A program made the translations under genes and the position numbers. DNA of 64,000 nucleotides from Botryllus schlosseri (lineage: Eukaryota), in contig CM119371.1 of the NCBI GenBank assembly GCA_051294905.1, positions 33,234,001-33,298,000 on the forward strand, written 5' to 3'. Of this stretch, positions 53,451 to 64,000 are shown one piece after another. Each line of letters starts with the position of its first letter. Position 1 is the stretch's first letter. Under the pieces are notes generated by a model. That model did no database searches, was not told the origin of the DNA, and was given only the letters and a program-made list of their open reading frames with translations.

Positions 53451-53539
53451 TCTTAAATCAAGAGGATTGCTGGTTTTAAAATAAAGATATACAATTAGCC
53501 CCTTGCATAAATTAACATTTTTTAATGCAATGTTTAAAT

Positions 53540-54447
53540 CAAGGGTGTCAAACATACGGCCTGCCTGATTTTTTCATCGGAACTGTGGAGCAATTCTGAG
53601 TAGATTGAAACGTGCTTATACTATCCAGCACATTTCTAATAAATATGAGGATTTTTTCGAAAGTCAAACCTCCAATACATAATTCCTCAAGACAGCCAAT
53701 GTCGAGCATATCCATACGTCACATTATCACCTCCCGACTGCAGTGTTGTGGTATCACTCTGGTTACCAGTAGGAACAAGTATGCATCACTGTAACCAAAT
53801 TTTGAGTAGACAATAATTCCATACTTAGTTTATAGTTTTAGGAGAATCCCCAAAACATAGTTATTCACACAAGCGAAAATGCCAATGCGAAACCGCTATA
53901 TGCAGTTTACATGTAGAATATATTCAGTTAGACAAAAATATTATTCAAATATGTGTGGTTGTAATGCGTTGTCACATCCGACTCGAAACGTGCGCAGCCT
54001 CCAGACGAACCCGAATCACGATTTAAGATTTATAATAAACTAAATTCCAACGTACGTATTTTGAGTTCAATCTCTTGTAGGCTATTCCTCACTCCTCATA
54101 TGTAGGGCTAACGCTATATTACAACTAAAGGAGAGGGAGCATATGCAACATATATCGTCGTTAGCGCCAGTGTATTGGCGCTTCTTATCCGTATTCAACC
54201 GGTCAATCATAGTGATTATACTAATTCCATTGTCCGCAAATGACGATGTTGCTACTTGCTAGAATAATAGCCCTATGATCCGTGGTACAATGTGATATAC
54301 TATGTTCTCTATATCCTTAATAATAAAGTATGCAGCTGCGAAGCACGGGCAGGAGGCAACATTCTCGAATTAATTGACTGATTCGGCCCGCCGGCGATTT
54401 GAAGGTCCGAATCCGGCCCGCGAACCAATTTGAGTTTGACACCCCTG
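53540..54447 (-). mobile_element. Charlie-type MITE related to 13400-14696
   Basis: TIRs CAAGGGTGTCAAAC...GTTTGACACCCCTG and TSD GTTTAAAT. Confidence 0.92.
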
Positions 54448-55810
54448 GTTTAAATCAATGATTGGATTTACATCGGAGGAAAGAAATGCTGTACATCAAT
54501 ACGGAGAAGAATTGTTGAGGCTTATTCCGGAAAAATCTTCTTCCTCATTAACAACTGTTGATCACATTTATGGACCAATGGCACCAATAATATTCATAGC
54601 CGCTAATGTCGATGACAAATTTCTTCATTTGTATGGCGAAATTGCTAATTCTCGCGCAAAAGGTAGACGACCTGATCAATTCAAATGTACGCTGAAGCTA
54701 TATTTGATAACGCAGTGGCTAATCGATTTGAGGGAGCTGGAGGTTTCAACATTCTAAAATTTTGTTATGCGAAAATACCATTGGCATGTTCCCTCGACTG
54801 AGTAAACTGGCACTTGGTGTATTTAGTGTACCTGCATCCAGTGACGCAAGCGAACGAGGTTTCAGTGCTGCTGGCAATACAATATGTAAGACTTGCTAAC
54901 AGTTGACATCCACTGTCGATGCAACTCTAGTTTTGCACACGCAATTAATCAAGTTTACACGGACGGTGGATGATGTTGATTTTCGCATCTGTAGGCTACT
55001 ACTGCTTTTTAGAGTAATCATTCAGCGTTGTGCTACTGTGTCTGTCTTGCTAAAATTGTTCTGTATGTTTCTGTACACTGTTATTTCGTTATTTTACACT
55101 GTTGTTCCATGTACTTCAACACACATTGAGAGTTTCATTTCTTTCTACAGAATTATAGGCATAAGATATAGGCTACGGGTTTCTAAGTGGAATTCTGATT
55201 TTGAAGAGCAGAATAAGATTTATATTGTCAAAATCAGTACCGCGGTAGCTTTCGATTGATACTCGTTTTATCAAATTTAATGCTCGGCAAGCCGGTCACA
55301 AATTACCGCCAGATTGCCTTTAGACAATGGAAATTGTGACGTTTCACTGAGCCGTGAGATTTGCTTGTGTCCACACCAGACATGGAGTAATTACTTCATG
55401 GATGTAATCGATTGCGATTTACGATTCATATTATTATTATTATTAAAGCCCATCCCATCCACAATGACGTCATGACTGAAACAACAACAGAAATCAAAAT
55501 GTAACCTGTGTTAGATAAGAATCATGTTATAAATATGCTTGTTTTAAATTGATTTTCTTTTTATACCACCATTCACGCAAAATTCATAGCCTATTTATCA
55601 TCGATAGGACCACAAGAACAATCGTATTTCGTGGGTTCCATTTCCTGATTCCACGTAAGTATTGAAATAAATTTATTTTGGTTACGCCAGACATTTTGGG
55701 TATTTGATTTTTAGGCAACGGGAAAGCGTACACCTATTCTGGAAATTAATCAGCAAATTCTTTCGCGAAATTGATCCTTTTCGTGATCATTGCTCCGTAA
55801 TACACTGCAG

Positions 55811-55851
55811 CCCAGTCGTCATTGACGTACAGCCACTAGGCGCGGCTCCAG
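55811..55851 (+). pseudogene. Candidate exon (41 nt, phase 2 to 1)
   Basis: CACTGCAG acceptor and CAG|GTAAAG donor. Reads PVVIDVQPLGAAP. Confidence 0.55.
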
Positions 55852-56289
55852 GTAAAGATCCTAATTAATAGGGGCTGAGGGTAATTGATGAGCTCACCCT
55901 TCCAAGACCGCCAAGTCAACCACTTCCAAATTATGTGTTCGGAAAGCTAGCTGAGCTGGTTATTTTTCAAATATTCTCTCGATGCAGATGATACGCGACA
56001 ACCACACAGGTTGATTACATAATCAACTTTTTAGCAGCTAAAATAGAGGGATTTAGATCGCGAATTTACTTCGTTTCCATGCTCGGCCGACGGTCGGCCG
56101 AAAGGCCATGACGCATGCGTTGTACATGCCGGCCGTGTTTCCATGAGCAGACGTAACCCAACCGTGACTTGGCCGAACTAGGTGGGCGAAGCGATCGCGA
56201 TGACGCATTTGGCTTACTTACTCAGTACAATTTCATCATAGTGTCCTATGTGGTGTCGACACAAAGAGCACTGCCATATACTATTAGTT

Positions 56290-57039
56290 CAGGGATGGGC
56301 AATCTGCAGACGTAGAAAAAAATTTGTGCGGCCGTGAACATTTAATTCAATTAGTATGTGTTGGCGGCCGTCGACATGCAAATGGAAATTACGAATTCAC
56401 CCGAAAATTTTTGAGAGATCTTAATTAATCTTGAAATTGTCTTCGCGTTACGAACAATTCCACATAAATTCATTTTTCGGTGGAATTTTTCGAGCCAGAA
56501 TCGAAATCTTGTGCTCCTCGCATTTTGGCGATTTCAATATATTTCCACTATTTTCACCACCGGTACAATCGTCAATCCTTATGGGGGTCAAGAAATAACA
56601 GTATGCAACAAAGTGACTAATAACAATTGGTCCACCGGAAGATGCATTATCATTGATAAGATGCCTTAAATTTTCGAAAGCACTCCCTTCATGAACCCTG
56701 CCGGTGAATCTAATCATATGGGCCTGGAAAGGATAAAAATTTTATGGTAATAGGTGATACTGCTACTATTAATTGCGAAATAAATCTGAACAATTTTTGC
56801 GCTATGCGCGACAATATGCAATCCCAGCAACTATTCATAACATTGCCACTCGCGATTTCGGTGCGTACAATAGAATGAAAAGTAGAATAGTCCTGAATTC
56901 ACCGGGAATGGATACGGACATATTAACATAGGTATTTTGCGTCCAGTTAGTTCATTATTGCTATGCCCTGGAATGCGACCTTAGGCTACACAAGTAATCG
57001 AAATGCGCCCGTGATTAGCAAAAAGGTTGCCTACCTCTG
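56290..57039 (+). mobile_element. hAT MITE of the level-3 family
   Basis: CAGGGATGGGCAATC...GGTTGCCTACCTCTG and TSD TATTAGTT/TATTAGGT. Confidence 0.88.
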
Positions 57040-57577
57040 TATTAGGTTAAATGCGCTTTTTGACATGATGATAAGTGCAGGTGGGGTCAGCGGGCGCAAT
57101 TCTTTTGACCATCGCCAAGGAGAGCTCATGTCCAAAAAGGTTGAGAACCGCTGTGCTATACAGTCGCTAATAACTGTAGCGCAGCTCAAAATCGCATTTG
57201 AAAAAGCATTTCTTAAAACCAGATTTCTAATTCGTGAAAAAGAGGTAGGCTTTCTGATCCGGCCTATAGCCCACCAACTCGCATGTTTCAAATCAAAATA
57301 TTAACGTGTTAGTTTCAAGTTTTTATCTATATTAGTTTTATATTATTTGATTTATATAAGTTTGTATTTATTATTTTTAAGTTTTACTTGAATACTATAA
57401 TTCTCAACTTTCGCTTCAATTTCAAAAGTATATAAATTTTACACGGACCAGTAACGAACTCGTCGCAGACCTGATTAGGCTATACTGCTCACATGCTTCC
57501 ACCGAGAGGTCAGTCGGAGCATTACATTTTTGGAATATTTACTCCACATTACAATTCGCTTTCATTGGAAATCACAG

Positions 57578-57728
57578 GATGCGAAGATACAAGAAGTATA
57601 TTTGAGAATCCGTATCACTTCCAACTCGTGGGGCAGCTGGCGAAGATGAGCGACGAGGTGCTGACAGACGTAATATATGGCATGAATCCAGAGATTATCA
57701 TACCATTTGGAGATTCGGCTATTAACAA
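57578..57728 (+). pseudogene. Candidate exon (151 nt, phase 1 to 2)
   Basis: ATCACAG acceptor and GTATGT donor. Reads CEDTRSIFENPYHFQLVGQLAKMSDEVLTDVIYGMNPEIIIPFGDSAIN. Confidence 0.65.
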
Positions 57729-58229
57729 GTATGTTTGAAGCAGCCATGCTCTATAATGCGGCAATACTACTGCCCCCGTGACAGTTGTAGCAGCGATCTC
57801 TTGTGTTTCCTTGGCCGCCTTCTCTCTTGCTGACCCAGCGGTTGGTGTTTTCTGACCCACGGCAGTTATGATTCAATGTCTCTGCGGCAGATATTTGTCC
57901 GTTGATCATGGCTTATGTAAGGGGGCATCCGCTCAGTAGGAAGTGCACTGAAAACGGCATTTCACTTGTCTTTACTTATATTGAACAGATATTCGGACGA
58001 TTTCTAACAGTTCAAATAGTTCAAAGTAAGTTGGTATTCAATTGTGGCGTAGCAATAAATTATTATCAGAACCGATTGACGAAGCAGCTCTGTATCGCCA
58101 TGGGAGATTTTAAGACTGGACGAATTGACTCCTTTCGTACAGACTGTTCCACTGGCGGAGCTAATATGAGCGTGCGTATGTGATTGGACAGGGCCTTGTG
58201 ATTCTCCCAGTATTACGATATTATGGCCT

Positions 58230-59001
58230 AGTGGTGGTATTCAATCTTTTCGTCTTCACGGACCCCCTTTGGACCGTCACATACCTCCTTTGGACCCCCC
58301 CCCCCCGTTCGCTCAAGTATCGCGCAATCGTCATCAGTCTTTAGCGAATATTAGCTGCAGGTTACTGATATTAATCAGCAATCTAATGGCTTTTCTTAAA
58401 GATACCATAACACTATTCATGTTGAAATATAGCTGATTTTCGTTATTAAGAAGCAAAATCTGTAGTTGCATTTCTTGAAATCCGCATTCGTGCGTTGATT
58501 TAACATTAATGAGTGACCAAAATCCATTTCCACAAAGATATGTGGTGCCGAATGTAATAATAATGCGAAACGCCTCCAAAAATGCCTTGGGTTGTGATCA
58601 CAGCATATCTGGCACCAAAATTGACATATAGGCTACATTTTTGATGAACACATAACGCCCAGCCTAGTCATCTCTTTCAAGCAGTTCATCTTAATGTATT
58701 CTTGAAATTCGGTTAAATATATTACAAGAGAAAATGGATTTTTGCGAGCAAATATTTCCCGAGATCCCAACAAAAAATTTCGAAACAACATAATGTTTAC
58801 ATTAGTCAGCTAGTACGAATTTGGCAACTAAAATGACTTGGCTCAGTAGGATATTCCATCACATGCGGTCATTCTATTCTGTCTGTGTGAGTTTTAGCAG
58901 CTATGAAGCAAAATTGATTCGTAATTTCGCTATTCTAAAAAATAGATAATCAACCATTCTCTAAATTTGGAGGTTTGGCGACCCCCCGGTTGAGAACCAT
59001 T
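58230..59001 (-). mobile_element. Decayed Charlie-type element with hATC remnant
   Basis: ORF 58334..58579 reads AFRIIITFGTTYLCGNGFWSLINVKS. A TIR-like GGTTGAGAACCATTG ends at 59001. Confidence 0.7.
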
Positions 59002-60154
59002 GTGCCAGAGCAGGGACTATCGAAGTGGATGTTGGCCATGAAAATTAGTTTTTGGTACGTTTCGGTGATTACAATGTCTTCCCCTATACCGACCATCATG
59101 ATGCGAAGTCGCGAAATAACAGTATGCAACAAAGTGACCAATAAAAATTGGGCCACCCGGAAATTCATCATCATATGTAACTTGAACTAAATTATTGAAA
59201 GTACCCCTGCATCAACTCTATTGGTGAATCTGATCACATGGGCCGAGAAAGAATAAATAAGGTTACCCACCTCTGGACTATTGATTAAGCTGTACCGGAA
59301 AGTCCATTGTTACTTGGCAATGTTGCTCTGTCCACCAATGAACTAATTCAGCAGTCGGGTGTATCTCCGAAAAGCGTGGATCCTTGTGCGCCGTGCGAAC
59401 TACCAAGTATTTATGCAGTTATTCCGCACTGCAAGTTGTGATGGCTTTCTACGACAAAATGTCCTGCGTGATTTTATTCTATTTAAAACAATCGTTGACA
59501 TTCCACAGTGATGCGACCGAGACCTTCGACAATAGGGTTACCATATTTTAGGAATCTGGAAGGAGGCCACTTTTTCAAAATGTTTCATATTTCTGGCTCA
59601 ACTCCTGAAATACCTAGTTCTATCAGGTTTACCGTTGGTTGACTGAAAAAAATTACGAGTAGGCCTAGAATACCTTGGTTCTTAGTAATGATGAAACCTG
59701 CTGAAGTGAAAATGGTACTGCCAGGATTCAGTGATAAGCCCGTGATATTTCACCGAAATTTTGCGACACGTGAGCTGTTCTAATTCTACCAATAAAGTCA
59801 AAAGTAATGGGTTTCCAGATGTTACTGAAAGCCTGTTTGTTGCCATTGTTGCATTTCGAATTACTCGGAACGTGCTTCGGATTGTTATGCCATACGTTTG
59901 CAATCCATAATCCGTAAACTAGTCACTCTGTGCATCTGAGTTGCGGTCACCCAGAAACGTTGAACACACGCGTTAATAAATAGAGGTGGAGGCGGAAGGC
60001 ATACATTTAAAGAAGATTTGGGGCAGTGAACATACGTTTACTTGAGTCTGAGAAAAACCCATAATTTTAGTTTGTGGGAGCAGGTCTCCGTGTTTAGAGA
60101 TATATTTTGAATCGGCGTCATGACAATACGCAGTGAAATTCAAACACTTGTGGG

Positions 60155-60350
60155 CAATGTTCCCTCTAATTTTTGTCGAGTCTGCGCACGCTCACCAACT
60201 CACTGCGCAGACCCTTGGAAAACAGTGCGTAATGAACAAAAAAAAAAGGTCACCACTTCGGATTCTTTGTGCGCAACTTGGATTTTCTGTGCGCAGAGAC
60301 CGTGAAAGCACTGCACATTTGCGCACGTGCGCAGCTTAGAGGGAACATTG
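60155..60350. mobile_element. 196-bp hAT MITE
   Basis: TIRs CAATGTTCCCTCTAA...TTAGAGGGAACATTG, TSD CTTGTGGG and TGCGCA internal motifs. Confidence 0.95.
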
Positions 60351-61300
60351 CTTGTGGGCTGGCTGAGGCCGATGGGTGCGGTAGTTACGGTACTGCTTAT
60401 TGCATTTTCACGGACCTCCAAAACTAGTTTGCGGGCCCCTATATAAATCATTGCCTTACCGCATAATCCGATCAAAATGCAGGTTGAATACAGAAAAAAA
60501 CGTTTCCCGCAAAATACAATATGTAGCTTAATTCGCATGAATGAACGCTAATCTTATAATCCCTTATATCTTCCGTTCTACACGCCATAAGCAGACATAG
60601 TTGTCGTTTTAGAGTAGTTGTTGATAGCAAGAGTTCATTGAAACATAATATCGGTAATTAGTTGGATAGAACACGCTTCGAATTGGTGTGAAATAAAGCA
60701 ATATTCTGTTACGTGAAAAAATGCCGCGCACGTGTCAGCTTTGCCGCATAACGCCATATACATTCACTTACGATTGCCTTATACAGTTGAATGTCACACA
60801 CATAGTTAGATGCAGTCCATAACACTTCTACAAGATCAGTATCACGAAGGTTGGTCTTAGATAAGTTACCCGACGCCAGTGCTAAACACTACAGACATGG
60901 CCGTGTAAGTTACGTGAGTACAGTACTCGCGCCTGTAATAACAACACAGACAGTTGAATCCTCCGTTTTATATGTTATACGAAGTTACTGTAGACTTCAA
61001 TGAATAGATGATGAACATATGCCCATATACTGGCGAACCTGTATCGGACATTCGATGTGTAGAACACGTTTCAAATTGATAGGAAATGAAGCAACAAGAG
61101 AAATCGCGCCCCTATGAGAAGTGCCAAACAAGGCAATATATTTACTTACGATGCGGGCCTTGTGCAGTTGCAAATTACACATTTTGTGATTTATGTGCGA
61201 TAAATAGTATCTATAAGACCAGTAACATAGATTTGGAGATATATAACTGTACCAGGCAAAGCCAAATAAACACGAATTACAAGGCGCGTTGCCTCTATCG

Positions 61301-62945
61301 CAGTGGTTCCCAACCTTTTTCCACCCACGTACCATTTTGAGGTTTTATGCAGTGCTCGCGTACCACCTGTATAAGTTACGCGCGTTTCCACTATTTATGA
61401 CGTCATACTCACGTATTTGACCTATGCGAGGTGTATTAACAAATTCTATTACTACGGCCGCATTCCAGGGCATAGTCGTAATGAACGAGCTAGACTCTAA
61501 ATATCCAGGTTAAAGTGTCTATGTCCATTTCTGGTAAACTCCGGACTAATCTATTGGTAGGCTTACTATGCGCACCTAAATCGCGTGTGGTCACTGGTAA
61601 TGTTAAGGAAGGAAGTGCTCATAGTCGCGCCGAGCGCGAAAAAAATTCAGATTCACCAATGAATTTCGTCATTGATACTAGTAGTTTTACATGTTGCTAT
61701 CAAACTTTTATCCTTTCTCATCCCGTGTGATCAGATTCACTGGTATAGAGTTGATGTAGGGGTGTTTTCGAAAATTTAAAGCAAGTTATAAATTATGATG
61801 CATCTTCGGGTGGGCCAATTGGTATTAGTCACTTTGTAGCAAGCTGTTATTTCTTGACCTCCCATCAGGATTGTTAGTATAGTGAGGAGCACACGATTCC
61901 GAGCTGATATTTCCATGTGAGGTGCATCATTTTCCATTGATGTTCGCATCTGTATTGTGGGGCTCTGATTGCAAAGGGTGCTACTATATTAAAATCGAAA
62001 AATGTAGTCGCATTGAATCGCGCGCAGCGCGAAGAAAATTTCAAGATTAATTAAAATCTTTCAAGAAATTGGAAGTCAATTCGTAAATTCGAAGTGCATG
62101 TCTACGGCCGCCAACACATACTAATTGAATTGCGTGTCTACGACCGCACAAATTCCCTCTTATGGCCGCAGGTTGGCCACCCTTGGACTAAAGCAAAGGG
62201 AACACTGAAATACGTCTACTTGTATCGCCGGTAATGCCATTGTATTCAACCGGACAAGCATCGTATTTTCGCCAATTTCATTGCTCGCAAATAATGGTGT
62301 TGCGACTCGCTAGAATGAAAAACCCCTACGATCCGTGTATTATCTATATATGCTTGATAATAAAGTATTCCAGCGAGAAGCAATGGCACGAGGCAACAAT
62401 ATGGATTCCGTTGACTGGTCCGGACCGCGAGCGATTTCATGACTTCGATCCGGCCCGCGATGCAATTTGAGTTTGACACCCCTGAACTAGGCCTTATCAC
62501 TCAGGGTTGATGGGATGTATGGAATTGTTTTTTCACCACCAGTCACAAGAAGAACAACATAATGAAATAACAACACATATTCAAAAGTCAATTTATTTAA
62601 TGCGATGGCAGCATTTGTTTATTTTCCACTAGCTTGTCGATGCGTGGTATACGTTTGCTTACAGCGCATCGAAAGTCATGTATGGGCGCAACAAGTCGGT
62701 TTCGTTTCTTCGACTTGATAGTCATCAGGGATGAAAATCCTTGCTCGCGCATTCCCACGTATATGGGAAAATTAGCAGCTGATGGGGAATAGCGTGAGGC
62801 GACGGCTTCAAAAAAACTCAAAATCAACCTCACCTGAACTAGTAACTCCGTTCGGTCGAAAAAAAAAACAGAATCCACTCGCGTACCACCTGGAGGACCT
62901 TCGCGTACCACTAGTGGTACGCGTACCACAGGTTGGGAACCACTG
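61301..62945 (-). mobile_element. Non-autonomous hAT composite element, copy 2 (inverted)
   Basis: Near-identical reverse complement of 12941-14855, lacking about 268 bp, with its own TSD CTCTATCG. Confidence 0.96.
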
Positions 62946-63354
62946 CTCTATCGCGATGACGTAATCAGCGGCGGCCGTGAGTAATGCTTATAACGAGGAC
63001 TTTCCAGTCGCGGTGCGCTCGAGTGCGTAAATGTATCAAACTCAGTAATGTTTTGTTTAAACGCCGTAATTGATATGTAAGATCCGTCGAAACTGATGTT
63101 TTAGTCATCATCAAATATCGCGGTTAGGCGTATCTAATTTTGGTTGGCCTTGCAAATTTACCTGATGTTATAACTAATTTCGAGAATATAACCTCGCAGA
63201 CCACACAAAACCTCCTCGCGGTCCACATTTGGCCTGCAGGACGTGGTTCGGCCGCCCCTGCTCTGTACCGTTACTAATAACAGTGATTAATGCTACATAA
63301 AAATCTTATTATAGTTATTATCAGTAATTTGAGGATACCTTTGAAAGCAATTGA

Positions 63355-63567
63355 TTTCACACAAGTACATCACACGCGCGTCAACGAAGAACAACTACCA
63401 TATGATCAGGACTGAACAAAAGAAAACGCATTGCTCTATCAAGTATGCCGGACCAGCAGCTCGCCGGCCATCCGACAGTCGTCGAGCATGTCCGCATTCA
63501 AGTTGAAATACAATCAATTTCTTCTAAATCAATACTAGCCAGTCTTCAGGATTACCGGACTACGACC
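63355..63567 (+). mobile_element. CR1/L2-like LINE 3' fragment
   Basis: HKYITRASTKNNYHMI..SIKYAGP..SSSMSAFKLKYNQFLLNQY*, plus CAGGATTACCGGACTACGAC matching the 3' UTR start at ~49510-49535. Confidence 0.8.
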
Positions 63568-64000
63568 ATCAACAGCAGACGAGGTGAAACGTACCATACA
63601 TACTCTTAAATCTGCTAAAGCAACGGGACATGATCAAGTACCAAATAACCTCCTTAAGATAATTGCAGGCCCACTGAGTGTTCCATTATCATATTACTTT
63701 AACAAATCACTTGAACTCGGATGCTTTCCGAACTCTCTCAAAATACGTAAAATAACCCATGTCTACAAAGGAGGTTCAAGGTTCACGACAAACAACTATA
63801 GGCCTATTTCAGTTCTACCTAGTCTAGCAATTGTATTTGAGAAACTTTTACAAAGTAGGCTCATTAGTTTTTTATCCAAATACAAAATAATCAGCAATCA
63901 CCAATATGGTTTTCGGGATCAACATTCTACTATTCACGCCATTCTTGAAATAATGACAGGATACTATGATGTACAATCAGCCAACAGTTATGGTGTGGCT
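63566..64000 (+). CDS. LINE (CR1/L2-like) reverse transcriptase, partial, open to the window end
   Basis: DEVKRTIHTLKSAKATGHDQVPNNLLK..PLSYYFNKSLELGCFPNSLK..VYKGG..NNYRPISVLPSLAIVFEKLL..HQYGFRDQHST with no stop. It is absent from the ORF track because it runs off the window. Confidence 0.92.

Larger units (their letters stand above)
49173..54950 (+). pseudogene. hobo/Hermes-like hAT transposase fossil split by four insertions
   Basis: In order: BED finger SLAWNVF..VQCKRC..STSRLNQHSASC (50041-50195); MDMWTD..HYIALTVHY; FVTAQGSNV; RIPCVCH; ETRWNS; LMKSYL|KSRGL..SPLHKL..MFK|SMIGF (52421-43, 53451-539, 54456-); FPRLSKLALGVFSVPASSDASERGFSAAG (~54790-54875). Confidence 0.85.
25370..58025 (+). pseudogene. 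Spliced multi-exon gene of unknown function, apparently disabled
   Basis: Candidate exons ~25370-25422, 26120-26279, 27255-27404, 27719-27868, 37080-37225, 37625-37837, 48048-48100, 55811-55851, 57578-57728 and 57989-58025 all have AG/GT boundaries with matching intron phases, except one frame break in 37080-37225. In-frame stops at 27382 and 27762. Confidence 0.6.

Noticed and set aside
56078..56150. GC-rich hairpin TCGGCCGACGGTCGGCCGA as a structured RNA or terminator
   Set aside because: It is short, lies among GTTTCCATG repeats that look like a decayed MITE, and has no other support.
14856..61300. Past inversion between the two composite copies
   Set aside because: Each copy retains its own matching TSD pair.

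Overview
Eukaryotic, AT-rich, repeat-dense genomic DNA, probably from a marine invertebrate (an ascidian is my guess; inference only). No intact host gene or prokaryotic system is visible. (1) About 1-12.7 kb is almost free of the MITEs that fill the rest. It holds an intronless BIR+RING (IAP) pseudogene, an 11x56-bp tandem array and several kb of stop-riddled, intronless, closely packed reading frames; this is a candidate decayed endogenous large-DNA-virus segment. (2) About 12.9-64 kb is a layered set of DNA transposons. It includes many hAT elements with matched 8-bp TSDs, a near-intact Buster/Charlie element (39538-41874, one frameshift), a three-level nested composite present in two inverted copies (12941-14855 and 61301-62945), and hobo/Hermes-like, Charlie/SPIN-like and Chapaev-like transposase fossils. 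There are also CR1/L2-like LINE pieces, tRNA-derived SINE heads and a Penelope 3' end with a minimal hammerhead ribozyme. (3) Threaded through the TEs is a phase-consistent chain of about 10 GT-AG exons (~25.4-58.0 kb, + strand) of an unrecognised spliced gene with premature stops. All translations and alignments were done by eye; family names need database confirmation.
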